From contig CAVSQB010000002.1 of assembly GCA_963729895.1 (NCBI GenBank), positions 32,001 to 96,000 of the forward strand: DNA of 64,000 nucleotides. The letters are read 5' to 3'. This document shows, in pieces, positions 59,406-64,000 of the stretch. The translations under genes were made by a program, and so were the position numbers. This DNA comes from an uncultured Fibrobacterota bacterium. GTDB taxonomy: Bacteria; Fibrobacterota; Chitinivibrionia; Chitinivibrionales; FEN-1185. The first letter of the stretch is position 1, and the number at the start of each line of letters is the position of its first letter. The notes under the pieces were generated by a model. The model did not search any database, was not told the DNA's origin, and worked only from the letters and a program-made list of their open reading frames with translations.

Positions 59406-60736
59406 TTGACAATAAAGCGTTTTTCGGCTGAAAAGGATCGGGAACAGACTTCGGCGACATAGGTTCCGGGATGCACTCCGGAATTCCAGACGGTGGAATA
59501 CGTGCCTGCGCCATGGTCGGCGATTTGCGACGTGTAGAGGCGCTTGCCGTTTACGGAGAAGATCGACAGGGCGTAGTCGCCGGAAGCGGCGGGGGCGTTG
59601 AAGATGACAAGAACGGAATTGGAATGATCCTGACCGGTGATTGCAAAGATGGCCGGCGAAGATCTCTGCGGCCTCCTGGTGGAGGCGCCGCGTACGGCGG
59701 TATTATCGAACCTGCAGACAACACTCGTGGTGCACCCGGCCGCCACGGTGAATGGGCCGAAGTCGTACGGGCCGGTGAGGGTGTAAAATATTTCAAGAGA
59801 AATCTGGGTCTGTGGAGCCAGGAGCGACAGAATGAAATGGCCGGTGCTATCCGTGTAGATAGTGCCCTGTCCCAGTGATCCTGAAGACAACTTGAACATA
59901 ACCCAGGTATTGGGGATGGGCTGGCTGTCTTTGTCGCAGGCAAAACCCAGGAAGGTGCCGACATTGGCGAATGAGTCAACCTCACATGTTACCTTCGTCG
60001 TGCAGCCTGGCGCCGAAGTAAATGGCCCGAAAGATTGGTTGGCGATGATAAACGACGTCGTATAGTAACCCAAGATATTTGACAAGCAAAAATAGCCATT
60101 CTGATCAGAGAAAAAACTGTAGGAATTGTCGGTCCTCACTATGGATGCGTTCGGGATGGGATTGCCGTCCTTGCGGCAAACAAAACCCCGCATCACCCCG
60201 TAGATTCCCGGCGAATCGTTCGCATAGCCGAGAGTGGGAAAAGCGTCTATGCACCATTGAATATATGGAATCGGTACCCCCGACACATAATCAGGGCGAG
60301 CCCACTCGAACGCCTCCATGGATTGCGTCGGCGTGATTCTTTTGTCAATTGGGCAGTTCCACGTATCAAAGCTATCTATCGTCAAATCCGGCTCGTCACG
60401 ACGCATCAGCACGGTGTCGCCCGGGTGCAGCCTCACGGTGGGGTACTGCTGGGGCGTGATCAGGCCGTACCCGTTCTTGTTGACAGTGACTGTCGGGCGA
60501 TATGACGGGCTTATCCCCTGACAAACGAGATAAAACCTGTTTGTGACTGAATCGGGCGGCAAGGCCAGACCGGAATAGATAAACTCGACCGTCCAATGAG
60601 TCGAATCCCGGACCTGGACCTCGGAGAGCAGGACAAACTCGGTGGGCGATTTGGGATTGGACAGGCCCGCTGCGACGGTCGCCAGCACGGTGAACGCGGT
60701 CGCGACCGGAATACGGCCAAAAGGTTTCAGTTTCAT
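59402..60736 (-). CDS. Secreted paralog 3 (duplicated carboxypeptidase-regulatory-like module + T9SS-type CTD)
   Basis: LSEVQVRDSTHW; two GF.C.KD..PIPN...FGPF....GCT repeats; IFSVNGK...WN...GTY. Confidence 0.75.
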   Translation of the reverse strand: MKLKPFGRIPVATAFTVLATVAAGLSNPKSPTEFVLLSEVQVRDSTHWTVEFIYSGLALPPDSVTNRFYLVCQGISPSYRPTVTVNKNGYGLITPQQYPTVRLHPGDTVLMRRDEPDLTIDSFDTWNCPIDKRITPTQSMEAFEWARPDYVSGVPIPYIQWCIDAFPTLGYANDSPGIYGVMRGFVCRKDGNPIPNASIVRTDNSYSFFSDQNGYFCLSNILGYYTTSFIIANQSFGPFTSAPGCTTKVTCEVDSFANVGTFLGFACDKDSQPIPNTWVMFKLSSGSLGQGTIYTDSTGHFILSLLAPQTQISLEIFYTLTGPYDFGPFTVAAGCTTSVVCRFDNTAVRGASTRRPQRSSPAIFAITGQDHSNSVLVIFNAPAASGDYALSIFSVNGKRLYTSQIADHGAGTYSTVWNSGVHPGTYVAEVCSRSFSAEKRFIVK

Positions 60737-60761
60737 GAGAGTTCTCCTGCGTCGGCTTTTC

Positions 60762-61928
60762 TTACCTGATTGTAAACCTTTGCTCAACCGTCGCAGCTCG
60801 GGAACGAATTCGCGCCACATAAATCCCGGCACGGCTCCCCGGCTTCCAATTGACGGAATAGGTGCCGCCGCCCTTGTTGAAAACGGCGGACGCATACACC
60901 TGTTTTCCGCTGAGCGAAAATACGGCGACGTTATAATCTCCGTCCCCGTTCCTTCCGTTGAAGACGATCAAAACATCGGACTTGCTCTTTGTGATACCGA
61001 CGATCTTGAGGGAAGACGCTGGGGAACTGAAAACGGAATTGTGCGTCGAAGTAGGAACATAGTCGGCGAGCTTGCATACTACCTTGAGGGTGCATCCTGG
61101 TTCGGCAGAGAACGGACCGAAGCTGTCTGCGGACACCGTTGGAAATGAAAATGTCTTTTGGTCCGCTGAAACAAGCGAGGGCAAGATGAAATTGCCGTTG
61201 GAGTCCGTTTGAATTGTACACGACAGCGCGGCGCCGTAGCAATACGAGCAGCAGGCATAACTTACCGTGACATTCGTGAGAGGCTGGCTGTCCTTGTCGC
61301 AGACAAAACCTTTTATGACACCAAAGGTGCCTGCCGTGGTATTTGCAAACCCGATGGAAGGAGAATCACTCTTGCACCACATGACATAATCGCCGAGATT
61401 GTACCCCTGAATCATAACCGCCTCCTGATAAGCCACCATGGATTGGGTCGGCTTGAGGCCTTTATCGATTATGCATTGCCACACAACGCCTGCGGTGTCC
61501 TGCGGGGGAAGCGTGTCGGCGGGATTCGAAGCACGCTCGTAATCGAAATGGAGTCTTACCGTATCACCTGGACGGAAAACAAGTGAAGATGGCTCCATAG
61601 GATGCGGTGGCTTTGTCAAGAGGCTGTCGTAGTCTTTGGGTGTGATAACCGCATACCCATTACTGGATACCTTTACTTCCGGACGAAGAGCAGAAGGCAC
61701 ATTCTTATAGACAAGTGAAAATTGGTCGGTCAACGAATCTGCCGTTAGTGCCGTCTTTTGAAACAAATTGTTGTAAAGCACCTCAATCTTCCAGTGCGCC
61801 GAGTCCGTAACCTGGACCTCCGAAAGCACAAGGTATGCGCCCGGAGGATTGGGGTTTGCCCTGATCGAAGCAACCGAAAGAAGGACCAGAGAACATGCTA
61901 CGGCAAAACGTCCCTTGATTAATCGCAT
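60762..61928 (-). CDS. Secreted paralog 2 with T9SS-type CTD
   Basis: ANP, LSEVQVTDSAHW, GFVCDKDSQP, FGPFSAEPGCT, FSLSGK...W...GIY. Confidence 0.75.
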   Translation of the reverse strand: MRLIKGRFAVACSLVLLSVASIRANPNPPGAYLVLSEVQVTDSAHWKIEVLYNNLFQKTALTADSLTDQFSLVYKNVPSALRPEVKVSSNGYAVITPKDYDSLLTKPPHPMEPSSLVFRPGDTVRLHFDYERASNPADTLPPQDTAGVVWQCIIDKGLKPTQSMVAYQEAVMIQGYNLGDYVMWCKSDSPSIGFANTTAGTFGVIKGFVCDKDSQPLTNVTVSYACCSYCYGAALSCTIQTDSNGNFILPSLVSADQKTFSFPTVSADSFGPFSAEPGCTLKVVCKLADYVPTSTHNSVFSSPASSLKIVGITKSKSDVLIVFNGRNGDGDYNVAVFSLSGKQVYASAVFNKGGGTYSVNWKPGSRAGIYVARIRSRAATVEQRFTIR

Positions 61929-62115
61929 TGCATCCCCCTTTGAAAAATAACGCCCCGTACGGTAGGAGATTGTTTCAAAGCAACAGGACTTGCCATACGG
62001 TAATATATGATGCAATAGTCAACAAGTGCAAACTTTTTTCTTTCCGCCGGGAGAGTATCGTTTCCACGGATGCCGGAAGAACGGCAACCGGTTTCAGCAT
62101 GCATAATCCGTCGTA

Positions 62116-63207
62116 TCACCTCAAGAAAAATTTCCTTTCGACATTCCCATCCGCCGACCTGATGCGCGCGATGTATTGGCCTGCATGCGCGCCGTTCCAG
62201 GCAACGGAATATGTCCCGCTGCCGGAGTTTGAAATCGTGGTGGAGTACATCTTTTTTCCACTGAGCGAAAATACGGCCAGGTTGTAGTCTCCAGAGCTGT
62301 TGCTTCCGTTGAAGATAATCAAAACATCGGATTTGCTCTTTGTGATCCCAACGACCTTCAGGGAAAACGCCGCAAAACTATGGACCGGATTATGCGCCGA
62401 AGAAGGAGCATAATCGGTGAGTTTGCAGACGACGTTAAGGGTGCATGCTGGTTCCACCGAAAAGGGTCCAAAGGTCTTTGAAGATCTTCCGGGGAACGAA
62501 AAAGTAACTGCATTGAATGAAAACAGATTCCGGACATAGAAATACCCGCTGTCGTTTGTCGGCATGGAATCATAGGGGGACATTGCATATATGATCGTAG
62601 GATTCGGTTCAACATACGCCGCCCATATATTCGGAATGGGATTACTGTCCTTATCGCACACAAAAGCCCGGATGACGCCAAAAACGCCGCTTGAGTCGTT
62701 TGGAAATCCGAGAGTGGGAGATGCGTCTTTACACCATTGAACATACAAGCCTACTCCCGCGGCATAAATGGTGTCGTGAAATTGATATGCTGCCATTGAT
62801 TGCGTCGGTTTGAGGGTCTTGTCTATCGCGCAATGCCACGTTTCGCCGAGGGTGTCCCAGGCATCTCCGGAATCGTATCGAAGATTGACCGTGTCTCCGG
62901 GATGCATCTGCAGGTTAGGATACATTGACGGTGTGATCAGTGCGTAACCGTTCTCTTTTACGGGTACCGCCGGACGATAGTCGGGATCAAACCCTTTGCC
63001 AACAAGGAAATACTTACTGGTCACCGAGTCGAGCGGGGCATTGACCGCGACAAACTCCACGGTCCAATGAACCGAGTCAACAATTTGAATCTCGGATAGA
63101 CGCACGAATGCGGTCGGCGCAACTGGATTCGCAAAAATCGCAGTGAACCCAAACATCACCGCAGCCGTCATCAAAACAGGAGCAAGAAACAATCTCCGCA
63201 TTCGCAT
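62116..63207 (-). CDS. Secreted paralog 1 with T9SS-type CTD
   Basis: ANP, LSEIQIVDSVHW, FVCDKDSNPIPN, FGPFSVEPACT, FSLSGK...WN...GQY. Confidence 0.75.
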   Translation of the reverse strand: MRMRRLFLAPVLMTAAVMFGFTAIFANPVAPTAFVRLSEIQIVDSVHWTVEFVAVNAPLDSVTSKYFLVGKGFDPDYRPAVPVKENGYALITPSMYPNLQMHPGDTVNLRYDSGDAWDTLGETWHCAIDKTLKPTQSMAAYQFHDTIYAAGVGLYVQWCKDASPTLGFPNDSSGVFGVIRAFVCDKDSNPIPNIWAAYVEPNPTIIYAMSPYDSMPTNDSGYFYVRNLFSFNAVTFSFPGRSSKTFGPFSVEPACTLNVVCKLTDYAPSSAHNPVHSFAAFSLKVVGITKSKSDVLIIFNGSNSSGDYNLAVFSLSGKKMYSTTISNSGSGTYSVAWNGAHAGQYIARIRSADGNVERKFFLR

Positions 63208-63559
63208 TGTCACCTCCCCTGGTTTCCTCTATCGGGACAGAAAAGTTCTTCCCGCTTGTCGAATTCTCAGGCGGCTTCCCCACTAATATAATCAACCATC
63301 AAACCCCATTCCGGGATTATTTATTGCCTTTTGAAAAAAGCGTTTTCTGGCAGAAAACTGCTCGATGGTTCTCTTCAAGATTTCTATGGCTGAGGTCGGT
63401 CGCCCTGAAGGCTAACCATTTTTCGCGTGGGAGCACCCGCTCCTATTGCCCAAATTGCCAAGAACCTGCCTGAACGTTATAATTGTAGAGACGGACAGCA
63501 AACACTGTTCCGATTCGTTTGCCGGCATACGTGACATACTTTACCAGGGGGGAAAAACC

Positions 63560-64000
63560 ATGAAGCCCTTCAAATTCGGCATGATTGCAGCGGTACTCTG
63601 CGCATTATGGATGTGCACAAAACCGGAAGCCGCAACCGTCACGGCCGCGAGTTGTTCGGATTCCGACGTGCAGGCGGCGATTAACGCTGCGCAGGACGGT
63701 GACACGGTGGCCGTTCCAAAGGGGACCTGCACCTGGACCGCCACGGTGAGTGTCGCTACTCAGACGGCATGGACCCCGCCCGCGTTCAACACCAAGGCGC
63801 TTACGATCCGGGGCGCGGGCGCGGACAGCACAACGATCATCGACGACATCCCCACGCCCCCGTCGGGCAATCCCAGGGGCACCATGCTCAGCATTGCCAC
63901 CAAGCTGGGAGGGCTCACGCGCGTTACCGGCATGACCTTCAACAGTTCCGTCTACACTAACCTTGATTCTCTTGTATACAACCCCGCCATGATTTCAATC
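63560..64000 (+). CDS. Secreted pectin-lyase-like (parallel beta-helix) protein, partial
   Basis: Manual translation: signal peptide, then AASCSDSDVQAAINAAQDGDTVAVPKGTCTW...LTIRGAGADSTTI. Confidence 0.7.
   Translation, partial: MKPFKFGMIAAVLCALWMCTKPEAATVTAASCSDSDVQAAINAAQDGDTVAVPKGTCTWTATVSVATQTAWTPPAFNTKALTIRGAGADSTTIIDDIPTPPSGNPRGTMLSIATKLGGLTRVTGMTFNSSVYTNLDSLVYNPAMISI

Noticed and set aside
63340..63475. Cobalamin riboswitch suggested by GCCAAGAACCTGCC
   Set aside because: The upstream conserved core (GGGAA...GGTG...CCCGC.ACTGT) is not evident
1..64000. CRISPR arrays, tRNA and rRNA genes
   Set aside because: No regularly spaced repeats or recognisable tRNA/rRNA sequence seen by eye

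Overview
GC-rich bacterial chromosomal segment, most likely Fibrobacterota (Chitinivibrionia/Chitinispirillaceae-like). This is inferred from a FISUMP-domain gene, a PorU/C25 sortase and several proteins with T9SS-type C-terminal domains. In order it holds: a glycosyltransferase (partial), xerD, an MBL hydrolase, a short UvrD, an LhgO-like oxidoreductase, malQ, a GH-like protein, a geranylgeranyl reductase plus ferredoxin, a DUF6600 protein, porU, lipoproteins and a PAS hybrid kinase. An AT-richer islet follows in which an intact IS630 splits an unknown gene. Next come DoxX, a polyprenyl synthase, a complete E. coli-type nuoA-N operon, a dihaem cytochrome c, tal-rpiB-tkt, pntAA-pntAB-pntB, murB, a GAF/HD-GYP protein, a ferredoxin, glgA, a FISUMP protein and three tandem paralogous secreted proteins. 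The most unusual signal is a ~450-bp highly structured non-coding element after glgA (57455-57913). By recalled family resemblance it looks like an IS110 left non-coding end (bridge-RNA-like) with no transposase and with a palindromic REP-like insert. All assignments come from motif reading and memory; no searches were run.
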